In this document: piece by piece, positions 1-12,149 of the stretch
Position numbering within the stretch: the first letter of the stretch is position 1
Layout of the letters: each line of letters starts with the position of its first letter
NCBI GenBank assembly: GCA_051294905.1
Contig: CM119374.1
Location: 22,382,001 to 22,446,000 of the forward strand
DNA: 64,000 nucleotides
Reading direction: 5' to 3'
From: Botryllus schlosseri
Taxonomy: Eukaryota
Position numbers and translations under genes: made by a program
The notes under the pieces: model-generated
What the model was told of the DNA's origin: nothing
What the model saw: the letters and a program-made list of their open reading frames with translations, nothing else
Databases searched by the model: none

Positions 1-343
1 CTGTGCAAAGTTTTCTGTCGTTACCAGTCGTCGGTATTTTAGGATCTGTTGTCTGTACGTTGGTCGACGAATTTGTCAAGTTCTTTGAGTTCAAAGTCTT
101 TTGGGTTGCGAGGACTGCGGTTGCGATTCTGGCAGGGTCACCCGCTAACGTTACTATGAACCGATTTACATCTTGCACAGGGTTTGGTGTTGACGCATTT
201 CTAGTGCTCGTATTCGATTTACAAACTTTGATGTGTGAAAGTATAATCAGCGTGAGCGCTATGATCTGGTGAAACTTTGATATCGACCTTCTATGTCTTC
301 TTATGTCTTCTTCCTTCCCGCATCTGTCGTTTTGTCGGTACAT
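1..343 (-). CDS. Orphan GPCR copy 1, 5' part of the ectodomain exon (runs off the left edge of the window)
   Basis: ATG at 343. The frame is open to base 1 and reads MYRQNDRCGKEEDIRRHRRSISKFHQIIALTLIILSHIKVCKSN...DPKIPTTGNDRKLCT, collinear with the first 114 aa of the 9989-10867 ORF. It is absent from the ORF track because its stop lies outside the window. Confidence 0.85.
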   Translation of the reverse strand, partial: MYRQNDRCGKEEDIRRHRRSISKFHQIIALTLIILSHIKVCKSNTSTRNASTPNPVQDVNRFIVTLAGDPARIATAVLATQKTLNSKNLTNSSTNVQTTDPKIPTTGNDRKLCT

Positions 344-1427
344 GTTGTTATATATCAGAGCAGCAATGTATGCGGTATCAAATAGTAGTTTATTACTCTG
401 CAACGCAACAGAAAACTAACATAATTTTAGATATCTTTGTAATAAGAAGGGTAAAAGCCAACAGAATATTTTCAAAACTGAAAGAGGGCCACGACCTGAA
501 ACGAGATTAAGATCTGCCACCACAGCGTATTGGTTATTGAGTCTAACTAAAAGATTTGTCTTCTCAAGATTAGAGAAGACGTGCAGTAACTAACTACCGA
601 CAAAAATTACGGTAGAAACCCACGTATCAAATACCAAGTAATTCAAGTTACCTCCTTAATACCAAGGCATTCAAAGCTGTTTCTGTAATCTCCCTTCCAT
701 AGGGCAATTAGCAACTTTCGGGTGATTCAAAATATTGTGGTATGTAACATCATATAAAGAGATTTATGTAGACGGCGACAGTCGACCATCTTGTAGCGAT
801 GATTCATTGCACTCCGAAACAGTCCAAAATACATAGTGTACGTCTGTTAGGAAGATGCGTATTATGTATATAAGCGTGGAGATAATAAAATACATGCATG
901 CCTATCATACCATAATCACAAGTGCTGGTGAATACTAACACGATACTGCCGCTACATGATAGAACCAATCATCCATTCGACACGTTGATGAATTTGCAGC
1001 GTGAGGATACTAACGACTTTTGGAGCTAAAATTTTAGGTTGCAATCATACCATCTCAGGCAGAATTGCAATGACTTTAAAACGAAACTGACTACAGCAAG
1101 GCTTCTTGATTGCTGTTGGGTGGGGCTATTCTTACTATACTTCGTTGGGTAACTCGAGGCAAAGTTTTCGTGTTTGGTTTCGTATTGACGTTTCAAGTTA
1201 CTGTTCTATTTTCCTGTTCATACATTCTCTTCTTGCAATTATTGCTAGCCTTTGCAATACAAATGGAAGAGCCGTATTCACTATTGCTAGCCCGGGAATG
1301 ATTCTGACATGGGCTGGCGTGATAATTTATCAAGTTCATTGTTGAACAAACTAATTTTTCATTGCTTGATGATCAGGCACCATTGTTGCGCGACAGAAGT
1401 TTATGTGAATTCGATTCGACAGTTTAA

Positions 1428-2100
1428 CAGAGGTGTTCAGTATCAAAGTACTTCTACTTTTTTGAAAAACTCAAGTAGTTTTCCGCTACTTGGGTACTTA
1501 CTCAAGTAGATTTAATGTCCCGCTATGTCTACTCCATTTCGTAATATTTTGTGATCTACTTGCTGACTTTTCGCTATTTCTAGTTTGTCAAGTAGAAGTA
1601 GTTTAATCCTCCAATCTGAAAGTTAGCCTGAGGAATTTCGGGACTGTTTTCATGAAGTATCAACATTTAATTATCAGAAAAGTTGAGTGAAGCCCAGAAT
1701 TTTCGTCGCGCCTCGCGCACAGTACACTAATAGCATTTCACGAACGTATTGGTGAATATAATTTAGGTAGCGGGTTGCATGGTTCCGTTCATACCGCATT
1801 GTCGCCCATATGAAATATTTCATCACAGCAAAAATGGCCCATCATAGCGTTTGAAACTACCACTTCGCAATCTAGCATATCACAGTCTAGCAGCCGATGG
1901 CTTGTCCTAATTTGGAAAAAAAGTTGACTCTGAATTTTTATAGCTTTACACCTATTTTATCAGACCACGCTGTTGAAACTTTCTGGACAAAAGATGTGGA
2001 ATATATTTTCCACCGTTTAGAAGTAGTATTTATATTTCTCTTTCAATTCTCAGTATCATATTCTGAGTTCTAATTAGTTTCGTTTTTTTGTCTGGAGGAC
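1428..2100. mobile_element. Fragment of a CAGAGG-terminus hAT-type non-autonomous element
   Basis: Starts cagaggtgttcagtatcaaagtacttctact, like the elements at 41255 and 55153. Bases ~1620-2100 match ~55200-55680. No right end or TSD found. Confidence 0.5.
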
Positions 2101-2912
2101 ATACATGTTGAAGTATAAAAGCAAGTGTAGTAACGCCTCTATTTCCCGAAAATATATCTACACTATATGGCATTCTTACGATCAGCCATATTTTATTAAC
2201 GTTCACCAATCGCTCAAAGTGTTAACAGCGTATCCGAAACCACTTCTCCGTGTTGCTCTTCGACCATACTACGGGTTTTATAATATGGAGAACGCGCCAT
2301 ACCATGATATTTTCTAAATCAGGGTAATCGAGTAAACAGAGGATTAGTATCGCATTCCCATATCAATCCTATCCTTTTCATTCAATGATGCGGACGCTTG
2401 ACTACCTTGACCACCTCTAGAGTTCAATTGCAAAGTTCGAACCCTGCAGTGCCACCGTCCCCTAAATTTTACAAGGCTTACGTAAACCATTAGGAAAGAA
2501 ACAACACGAAAACGCTACGCATAATACGCGACAGAATGCATTAATATGGAATCCGGTGAAACCTTTCTAGCAAAATCGTGAAACGCATTTTTTGCACGTC
2601 AAAATTTTGCTGAAATTGTAATTTTAGGTGACAATTTGTCAAAATTGTTTGAAAAGTCAATATAACTTTGACCTCTGCATTTCGTTTGTATCGTAGATTT
2701 TGCACTGTCGATGAACTTATCAGTTGATATTTTACAGGTTATAACCTACTCTAAAGGCCAACCGTTGTAGACGGTCCATTGTCTTCTCCTTGTGAATCAT
2801 AAACTGGTCAAGTGAAACAAATAGGTTTACATGGTCACATGGTGTTATGGTCAACGTAGAGCAATATGCTAAGTGAAGCAAGACTGCTTGGGCATTGCAT
2901 GGTTCTAATACC

Positions 2913-3838
2913 AAGAAGCGCGTGATGAAAAATTGTGATGTAGATAGCATATTCGGAATGAAGCAACACGGTGTGTCACCAGCAGTGTGCGAACGAACAG
3001 CTTCAGTGTTGTCAGCCAACAACTGCTACTGTTGAACGTTCTTTTTCCATTCTTGGCAAGATACTCAGTAAAGACAGACACTTTCTAACCGAGAATGTAC
3101 GAAAGTATCATTCGTTGTACTACAACAAATTTCAATTATTTCTGCCATAATATGTGATGTAACTACTGGAATTCTACATAAGGCCAGATTTCGTTAAAAT
3201 GCTAGTGTTTTCATGTAAAAATTTGGGTGTTTTCGAGAAAAAAACGTGTTTTCATGCCAAACTACTGCGTAAGAACAGACAGTTCCAACCAGAAATGAAG
3301 ATAAGTAGTGCAATTTTAACATTATGTGCGAAAACACCTAATTTGCATACGCGGAAGCGAGTGGCGCAGTTGGTTAAGCACTGCAGTCACGACATCGATG
3401 GTTGATGGTTCGAGCCTCGGCTCTGCCAAGTTTCTATGTGTCGGAGGCTTATCTGGGCTCCTCATCGCCTATCCCGCTGTAATACAGCGCATTGAAAAGC
3501 TCAGACGAAGAGAGAGCCGAACTCTTGAAAGGAGGCAGAGAATGAGCCGGAAAAAGACTCAAGGGCCTATTCCCATTGTTTTTTAGATTAGATTTTTTTT
3601 AAATAAATAGTAGAATAAATAAGTCAGGTGGACAAAAAGACATTATGAAATTTACTTTGCGGGCGCAAATGACCAAGTTGTTGAAAGCGCCAATGATATG
3701 TGTCAATAAAACAAACAAACCTAATTTGCATACATGAGTTCAGAATTTGGTCAAAATTCAATTTTTGTAGGTCAAAAAAGTCAAAATTTTGATATTTCAG
3801 GTCAAAATCTTCCGTTTTGAGGTAAAAAAATCGCCCTA
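2913..3838 (+). mobile_element. Decayed hAT-like transposase 3' end plus right subterminal region
   Basis: The plus frame, with one frameshift, reads KKRVMKNCDVDSIFGMKQHGVSPAVC/LQCCQPTTATVERSFSILGKILSKDRHFLTENVRKY, containing the hAT C-terminal xERxFS motif. It ends in atcgcccta (3838), the reverse complement of a TAGGG-type terminus. A SINE interrupts it. Confidence 0.65.
3351..3718 (+). mobile_element. tRNA-derived SINE
   Basis: A box TGGCGCAGTTGG (~3362) and B box GGTTCGAGCC (~3407), with an aataaaa(caaa)n tail. Flanked by a 15-bp TSD acctaatttgcatac (3336-3350 and 3719-3733). Confidence 0.85.
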
Positions 3839-3991
3839 GCAATCATTAAAGAGCCGCTATCAAAGGCTGAAAGGGCAGAATACGGCTCGATAGCCACAAT
3901 TTGCCCGCATCTGGAGGAATGATCGATGCGACATTATGAGTTAACTATAGTTTATTCACACCAGCATCAAACTACTACAGTGTCTCTTCGC

Positions 3992-5363
3992 CAGCGATTG
4001 CCAACCTTTTTACTGGGGATGGTGTGAACCTCAGAAAGGTTCAGGTTCGTGTGAACGCGAACCTTTTTGAAAGGTTCTGTGTGAACGCGAACGTGAGCTT
4101 CATGACGTCACGTGACGTCATATTGCTAATTCCAACCCTACATTTCCGTGAAATGATATATATTAATGTACACGATACCTAGCGACGACTCGGGCCACAT
4201 AATGCCACAATGCTTGAGTACATACTGACTTTTTAAACGTTGCCAAATGTATCAACTGAAGCAATCAAATACTATAATAAATCTCATAAAATCAATATCT
4301 TCCGTCGCTTTGCCAACAATTTCGACAAGGATTTGCAAGGGAATATAAGCTTGCACATTAACGGTCTAGGCCTGACCGGACAATGTATTCGGCGTCTCTA
4401 GTGTTGCTACGTTGATATTGAGCAGAGTGTAAAACGTTATACAGCAGTAGCCAACACCCCAATCGCACGGATTTGGTTTTCATGATACAATAAACATATG
4501 AAATCGAAATGGACCTTGTACGCTTGCTAGACTTTTTACATCAGACAACGATATCAATTTCATTGATTGGTTGAATAAGCATCATTCGATGACTTCAGAA
4601 AGCTGGATATTTCGAAAAAACTTTTCTAACAAAGCGGGTAAAACTTTTGAGATTTCCTAGGTGCATGCTCGATTAGTGTTGATTTTATATGCTGCCCGCG
4701 ACATACATAGAGTGGCCCGCAGTTGAAATGCCATGAAGTTCAACCAAAGGTGTTATAATGTCGTGCAAATTGTAATATATGAAGAAGGTTCACAGTGCAG
4801 AACCTACCAAGGTTCGTTTGTGAACGTGAACCTCTAAATTTCCTAGGTTCACACACAGAACGCTAACGTGAACGTCACGTTCACACCATCCCTACTTATT
4901 ACTATTCACGGTCGCATTTCGAATACTTATATAGCCTACGGCCGCATTTTAGTGCATAGCCGTAATGAACTAACTGGACGCCAAATATCCATGTTAGCCT
5001 GTCCCTGTCCATTTCCATTGAGCTCCGGACTCGTCTATTCATTCATATCGGCTTACTATACGCACCGAAATGAAGAATCGTCCTGTTATGAATAGTTACT
5101 GGGATTCGTTTTCTGGTTGATCAAGGCGCGAATTTTTTTTCAAATTCATGAATGCATTTCGTAGTTAATGTTGTCTTCGTCATTATCGGCGAGAAATGGC
5201 TTTGAAGGGGCATTGCTGTCGTTAAAATACATTCATTAAATACGATTTATTCCGAGTATATGTGTATAAATAGGCGAATATTGTATAGATTCAGCAATCC
5301 GGCCCGCCCAGTACTTAATTTTCCTGTATCCGGCCCGCAGACTGGAGAAGTTGCCCGCCCCTG
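3992..5363. mobile_element. hAT (Buster/Charlie-like) MITE sequence hosting a nested element
   Basis: Left end cagcgattgccaacctttt resembles the element at 26096. Right end is agttgcccgcccctg. There is no matching TSD, so this may be two partial elements. Confidence 0.5.
4014..4894. mobile_element. hAT-type MITE nested in another MITE
   Basis: TIRs tggggatggtgtgaac / gttcacaccatcccta. The 8-bp TSD ctttttac / cttattac matches at 7 of 8 positions. Confidence 0.85.
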
Positions 5364-5386
5364 TTCTAGTTGGTGGCCGTGGTCGG

Positions 5387-6638
5387 TCATACTTGCGAAT
5401 GCACATTGTCATCAGAAGTCATTTCGCCGACCGAATTGACTCGGGGCCCGTCAAAGTGCGACTCTTTCATCACGATGCCGTCACTGTACGGCTCAGGCGA
5501 GGGGACTTGGGAGTTAGCTGCGTTTTCCGAACACCCCACGTCAATAGCAATCACCCGGTGAGCTTCCTGCCTTTTACTGGAATCGTTTGAAACACCGCAG
5601 TGCAGTACGAAGGGTCTGAACCTCTCTCGAAACATTCGAAGTGCAGCTTTCCGAAATTCCTGCACCCGCAAATTGTAGATGACGAAATTCCATAAACTGT
5701 TACTTGTTAACATGATAACTGCCAAATATTCAGTGGTAGTGAACGCCGATGCGCTTTCTATACTTAAAGTCCGCGGCTGCTCCCAATTTGTAGCAGAATG
5801 CATAAACCGCACGACGGAAGTACAAATCACCGGCACCACCGATACCGAAAATGCCAGCACCATCATCGCTAGCGTGCTAGCTAGTCTCCTTTCCAAATCT
5901 CTACGTGAATCGGATGGATATGTAATAATTTTTCTTCGGGCGAGGGCGTGTTTCCGATACGCGTAATATGTCATCCCAGTAAGTATCCACATCACTACAA
6001 GCGGGATAAAGACAGTCCCAGCCGATACTATGTATGCAGGCTTTCCGTCGGCGAATATGTAATTAGAGCTCATGACTTTATACAAGAATCCAGGAGTGAA
6101 AACGGGGAGTAGACATATCACTGTGCACACGAACCATAGCAATCCGTTTAGTCTGACAGCGCGACGTTTGGCAACGTATGGGTTGTACGTGAGCGGTCTA
6201 TACACTGCCCAAAATCTATCTACGCCCGCGAACAAAAGTATGTATATTGACAATATAAGGACCAGCAGAGAGAAAAATCCCATTGTGACCACAAATTTGT
6301 TTTCGAAAATGTCTCCAAATTCACCACCGCCGTCGTGATAAATCAGATCTGCATTGTCGTAAGGGGTCATATTGGCAGTCTTTCCATACGGCTGCTTTAT
6401 TACTGCTCCCATGTGTCTAGGCTTGAAGAACGTGAGATATTGTAAAATTATCATGTTCGGCCACACCACGACTCCAATCACTAGATCGGCGAGAGCGAGG
6501 GAGATTTTGTAAATGCCTTGAGTGTCTCGCAGTTTAGCTGTAGTCCCGAATACGCACAGAATGATTATGTTACCGGAGATCGTTGTGATGCATGCTGCTA
6601 CCATGAACGCTATGCAAATTATGATGCTGTTTCGGCAC
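5387..6638 (-). CDS. Copy 2, exon 2: rhodopsin-family 7TM domain and C-terminal tail
   Basis: TM1 GN, TM2 SLALADL, TM3 VDRF, TM4 W, TM5 FIP, TM7 NSLWNFVIY, helix 8 EFRKA. Confidence 0.92.
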
Positions 6639-9600
6639 CTAGAACAGATTGATATTAGGAAAATTCAATCCGTGACAACCATACATTACTCAATACATCG
6701 TAGGCTAATTCATTCGTGGTGTAGCAGCGCTGACGAATAGTGACTGGGTTGAAATCGAAAGTACAGATTTCACGTTGCTAATGAGCGCAATATGCGTCAC
6801 GACCAGTTCAAATTTACTATGAGATGATACTTGGTACAGTCTTAGCGAAAAACGCAAAAGTGTCACACGAAAACAGAACCTACAACAGCATTAGACCGCG
6901 GTATAAATACTTCGACATTATTTAACTGCCACATGTATTTTTTTAACTTTTAGAACTTAAAATTCGCTACGAAATTACTTCAGAAATCTGAAACAACTCA
7001 TCATATTTCAACGAACAACACATTCGCATTCGCAATTTATTCACTCTAAGCTTTCCAACTGACCCTCGTCGGGAGTTGCCGTCAGTAAATACGGAGATTG
7101 CAGACTGAGAGTATCATGTACTGAATTTGCAAGTTAGCCTGTGTTAGTGATGTAATTTGTTGTCACGTGGTGCGAAAGACCACGCTGTTATAAGCACCAT
7201 AACATGCTTTTATTAATAATTAATAATAATAATAATAACGGAGATTGCAATTCGAAATTGAAAGATGAAATAGGTAGAGTGACGAAAGAATGGTATAGTA
7301 ACAACTTCGAGAGAATTCACAAAACAAGAGCGTTAAGCAATAAAGCAATAGTACAATCATAGTGTCCTATATGGTGTCGACACAAGCAAATCTCACGGCT
7401 CAGTGAAATTGTATCACGTCACAATTTATATTTGGCTACAGGCAATTTGACGGTCATTTTTGACCGGCTTGCCGAGCATTAAATTTGGTAAAACGGGTAT
7501 CAATCGAAAGCTGACTCTGCACAGATTACGAAAATATAAATTTTATTCCGCCCGCGGCCCTGGAACCCCCACAATCAGCCTCGAATTTTTCATTGTTATG
7601 GAGATTGGCATTGGACGCAACAACAGCTTTCGATTGATACCCGTTTTACCAAATTTAATGCTCGGCAAGCCGGTCAAAAATGACCGTCAAATTGCCTGTA
7701 GCCAAATGGAAATTGTGACGTGATACAATTTCACTGAGCCGTGAGATTTGCTTGTGTCGACACCATATAGGACATTATGGTGCAATACAAATTGGCTATA
7801 ATATATAGCCAGAGACGCAACACTTACGAAATACACGGAGAGAATAGAGCCGGTCTTTTTGCCGACAAAGAATCTGCTGCTCGGGTTTTATTATAGTCGA
7901 TTCGAGAACCTTTAAATGGAACAGAGTACGTCCGCGAGCAAGAACTGTAAATCTGTTATCGTTATACGATTTTGCACAATCTGGATGCGTAAGAAGGTGC
8001 TGACCTATTGCATAGTTACATGGCATGGCCTGGTCATAGTCTCGCAGGAAAGGGTTACTTGTCTGCGATTGACTGTCTGAAATAGCATTGACGTCAGGTG
8101 TTCTAATCTGCTTGGGCACATGTTGGTTAATTCTTTGTTGCAGACGAACTGAAGTACGACCCACATAACGACTGTCGCGGCGGCACGTATAATTGTAAGT
8201 AACACTACGCTGTTTATTTGGCAGATAGTATATCCTTCTGTGTTCCGGGAAAGCGAGATTTTGTGGTGAAAACAATCCTAGGTTGTACCCACATGAAACA
8301 TTGACTAATAGGGGACATGATTTGCTTCCCACATCTACCAGAAACTTTACAAATTTATGGTAAATGTAAATATACTGGACATTTGCTTGGTCCAATAAAT
8401 TTAATGGCTCTGACGTCAATTAGTTTTTTGTCAGTGCTGGACTTTACAATGTGATCTGGATAACGTTAGACTGGACGATTTTCCGTATGAAATCTAATTC
8501 AGATTCAAGTTCCGACCAGAGCCCTGTGAACAAGCGTTCGTATCAGATTAGCTTTGCATCTTTGTCGGACAAGATGAATTCCAAGCGATATATTGGCCGA
8601 AATACCATCACGTCACTTTGAGAAGTTACCATGCGAGAAAAATCAGCTATTACGTCATATGACCTTTTGGGATGGTAAAACAAGGCCCGTTGATGATTCG
8701 TGACCGGAAATTGTGATTTGGACTTGGGCGTGACCTTGTGTAGAATTACTCGAGCTCGGACTTTAGTCGGGTAAAATTCTAGAATCATAGATGGGCTTGT
8801 GACTCAGAACGCAGTGCCTTGGTACAACCACGGACGCAAAAAACTATCAGAATGTTATGGGAAATAATAATATATCAATAGGCCGTATAGTCGGCATTGC
8901 GAAGCGTAGCGTATTTAGCCATCAAATGACAATGTCAATCATATTGGCATTATCTCGCTCCTTGATGTATAGTTAGTTACTCAAGCGCCATCTTGGGTCT
9001 GTTTATCTATTCTGTTATCGCGTATTAGAAGTGGCGAGAGAGGTAGAGGCACGCTCCACCACTTTAACAGTAATGGATTTCACCGTGATTGGACTTTATT
9101 ATTACTATGACGCATAAATCATTATATTCACGTTGTTATTGATCAGTTCCGATATTCGAAGGCAAATCTAACTCCGATGCATGCACGTCATGATGCATTT
9201 GTACACTAGCATGATGTCTTACTGTCTGTAACTAATTATTTGGACAAACTATGCCAAGTACAACAGAAAATTTATTCAAATATCTAAAAATATGATATTA
9301 TCGTGTGAGGCGTGAATTCACAATATTGTATCAATTTGTTTGCGAATTTTGTTGAATACCAGTCTTCAAGGTCCCGTCCAATAAGGCCTACTTGGAAATA
9401 CATTGAATAAAACCTGTTATTGGTGCTGCGGCCCGCGAAGTCATCAAAAACGAGGAAGCTGGCCCGTGGGCATATTTGAGCTTGAGACCCCTGATTTATT
9501 ACAGTGATTTACACCATGAAATAATCGGAACCGTATCTAACTAACCAGACAAAGTAAACCAGCGATTGCTAATATACGGCAATTTATACCATGATGATTG

Positions 9601-10867
9601 GCTCAAGCCGTGCAATAATTAAATTGTAACAGACAAATAAATGAAAGCTATTCACTCGCCTACAAGCGGGGTGAAACATTCGATCGACACCCCGTAGGTT
9701 CAGTTTTCGTGTTACACATTTTGGGTGTGAATGCACGCACACTCTTTGCGCTAAGGATTCGCTGTAGACGAACATCTCGTATTCTATAGCTTTCTACCAT
9801 ATCGCACCGGTGCAAAATATCTAAAGGGCGAGACACAGAATATGATCACGTTAAATATCTTTTGTGGTGGTAATACGCTCCTTTTTCACGATCACTATGG
9901 GTCGTGCATTGTCGTAGTAGGAAAAAAGTCATATTTGATAGCTGAACACAGCCTACGTGGTGCATCCATTTGATAATGTACTATATGCTTACCACGAGGG
10001 CATCCCGGTCCATGGCGACACTCCGCGATATTGCGCTGTGTAAAAATCATACCCGTGCCACTGTAAACCGCAAAATGGTGCGTACGGCTCGATAATCTCG
10101 TGGAACCGTCCCACTCCGCCATCGCTTCGGTCGAATAAGGCGGCTTGTACGCATGATTTCACCAAGTCCTGAAGTTCCATCGTGCTCGAGTCTAGCTTTT
10201 CAATCAAGTCCTTCCAACTCACCACACCCAGAAAGAAAGACTCGTTCACAAACTGATACTGCCTAGCAACTTGCGCAATATCGGCGTGGCAAGCCGTTTC
10301 AACTTTACTTCTGTTGCAAAACAGATCGTACATACGCCTGGTGTATTCGGTAAGAGGATAAGTCGGGCGTTTGCATTCATCATTAAATTCATTGCATCGC
10401 CATCTCTGCAAGCGTTCCAACATGACAACGAGATAGCGAGCTCCATTGATCCAAACCTTTGCGTAAGTCTGGTAAAGGCGTCGACAGCACATTTCTTTGT
10501 ATTCAATACTCGGCATTGGAAAGTCTGTGCAAACTTTCCCGTCGTTACCAGTCGTTGGTATTCGTGGATCCGTTGTGTGTTCTTTGGTTGACGAATTTGT
10601 CATGCTCTTTGAGTTCAAACTCTGATTGGCTGAGTGGACTTCAGTTGTGATTCTGACATGGTTACCTGCTAACGATAATATGGACCGATTTACGCCTTCC
10701 ATTGGTTTTGATGTTGACACATATCCAGTGTTAATATTCGATTTACAAACATTGATGCGTGAAAGTAAAATCAGCGTAAACGCTATGATCTGGTGAAACT
10801 TAGTCATCGACCTTCCGTCTTTTCTCGTGTCTTCTTCCACCACGCCCATGTGGCTTCGTCGGATCAT
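5387..10867 (-). CDS. Orphan class A GPCR with a large Cys-rich ectodomain, copy 2, intact two-exon model of 708 aa
   Basis: join(10867..9993, 6638..5387). Donor TG|GTAAGC at 9992 and acceptor aatctgttctag|G at 6639 join in phase 2 to give ...GMPSW-CRNSIIICIAFMVAAC... The CDS is 2127 nt (709 codons). Confidence 0.85.
7214..7238. repeat. (TAA)n microsatellite
   Basis: Directly visible: taataattaataataataataataa. Confidence 0.8.
7358..7779. mobile_element. Long-TIR (foldback/MITE-like) inverted repeat
   Basis: Near-perfect ~155-bp arms (~7358-7514 and ~7624-7779) around a ~110-bp spacer. No clear TSD. Confidence 0.8.
7800..8610 (-). mobile_element. Decayed Penelope-like retroelement (RT C-terminus plus GIY-YIG endonuclease), inside the copy 2 intron
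   Basis: Broken frames read GQYIAWNS..ANLIRTLVHRAL..FIGPSKCPVYLHLP* and YNYTCRRDSRYVGRTSVRLQQRINQHVP..AIGQHL..FHLKVLES..LCRQK, typical of Penelope-like element (PLE) RT-thumb and GIY-YIG regions. Stops and frameshifts are present. Confidence 0.85.
9993..10867 (-). CDS. Copy 2, exon 1: signal peptide, Ser/Thr stalk and Cys-rich ectodomain
   Basis: Hydrophobic segment IIAFTLILLS, several NxS/T sequons and 9 Cys after the stalk. The apparent stop TAA lies inside the GTAAGC donor. Confidence 0.88.
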
Positions 10868-12149
10868 GTTGCTTTAAATTAGATCACGGCGGTTATAACT
10901 AAATATTTCATAGATCTGCAACGCAACAGATAAAAAAAATAATCTGAGACACTTTACAGCAAGTAGCGTTAAAAATCCAGCAGGATACTCTCAAATGGGA
11001 AAGTGGGCCAGGACTGGAAACAAGCTTAAGATCTACCACTATATTTAGCCATTCATTATGCAATTCAAAAGAATTAAGAATGCCGATATATGTTAGAGGT
11101 AGGATATGATAACATTCTGCAGTCGTTGATGAGTCTATAATTTGAAGATTCGTTTTCTCAATATTATAAAAGACGTATAGTAATTTACTACAAAACATGG
11201 CAGAACTGTAGTAATTCAGCGCCTATACGCTCACAATACACTTATTCAGTACTAAGCCTTTCTAGGCTGTTTCAGTAATGTCCCTTCCATTTGGCAATTA
11301 CCAACTTTCGCGTAATTCAATAAATTATTGCGTTCCGTATAGCATCATATAAGTGACTTGTATAAAGTCGACCATCTTGTATAGCGATGATTCATTGCAC
11401 TCAAAAACTGTCAAGACACATTGTGTACGACGGTAGATCGGAAGATGCGTATTATGTAGAAAAGCGTGCAGATAATAAATTTCAGTTATCATACCATAGT
11501 CCCAAGTCCTGATGAATACTGACACGATAGTGCCGCTACATCTGAGAGCCGGCCATCCATTCGACCTGGAAGCGAATTTGCAGCTTGAGGATACAAACGA
11601 TTGCTTTGAAGTTGCGTCAAACTCGCTTAAGTAAATGCATCAACTCCGGTGGACTAGTAATGACTTTGAAGCGAAACTGACAACAAAAACTTCGTGGTTT
11701 CTGTGAATTAAAGACTAAAAAAATCACTAGTATATTATAAAGAGAGACAGATAGAGATAGGGGAATACTCTCACATTTTTATCCAGCCGAACTCCTTCAC
11801 AATCATACAGCAACGATAATAACACAGAAGAATACAAACACACTACCCGGTATCGGATATAGGAATGATTGGTATGAAATTATTAGTCAACTTAATCAGT
11901 TCACATTGAATTAAGCATTGCATCCAGTTATGATCTTTGACATGAATATATTCCAAACAAAGCAGCCCATATTATTTAGCGTTTATGTAACGTTGTGGTT
12001 CACAGCACTAAACAGCATCATCCTTTATGATACGATGAATGAATGTTCGGAATATTTAATTTTGTCGCTATCGAATACAAGTGTATTTAGTTCATCAATT
12101 TTGCCAAAAATCTTCAAAACTTATTCAAAGCTCACCCTTGACTGATCCG

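Noticed and set aside
1106-1345. Hydrophobic small ORFs upstream of copy 1
   Set aside because: They are T-rich with non-ATG starts, are not conserved in the paralogous upstream regions, and have no splice support.
2732-3022. 96-aa minus-strand ORF as a real gene
   Set aside because: It is the antisense shadow of the decayed plus-strand hAT transposase.
3351-3430. tRNA gene
   Set aside because: The acceptor and anticodon stems are imperfect, and it continues into a SINE body and tail with a 15-bp TSD.
7796-8419. Intact stand-alone GIY-YIG nuclease gene (207 aa)
   Set aside because: The N-terminal third is out-of-frame RT sequence and the start is TTG. It is a frameshifted Penelope-like remnant.
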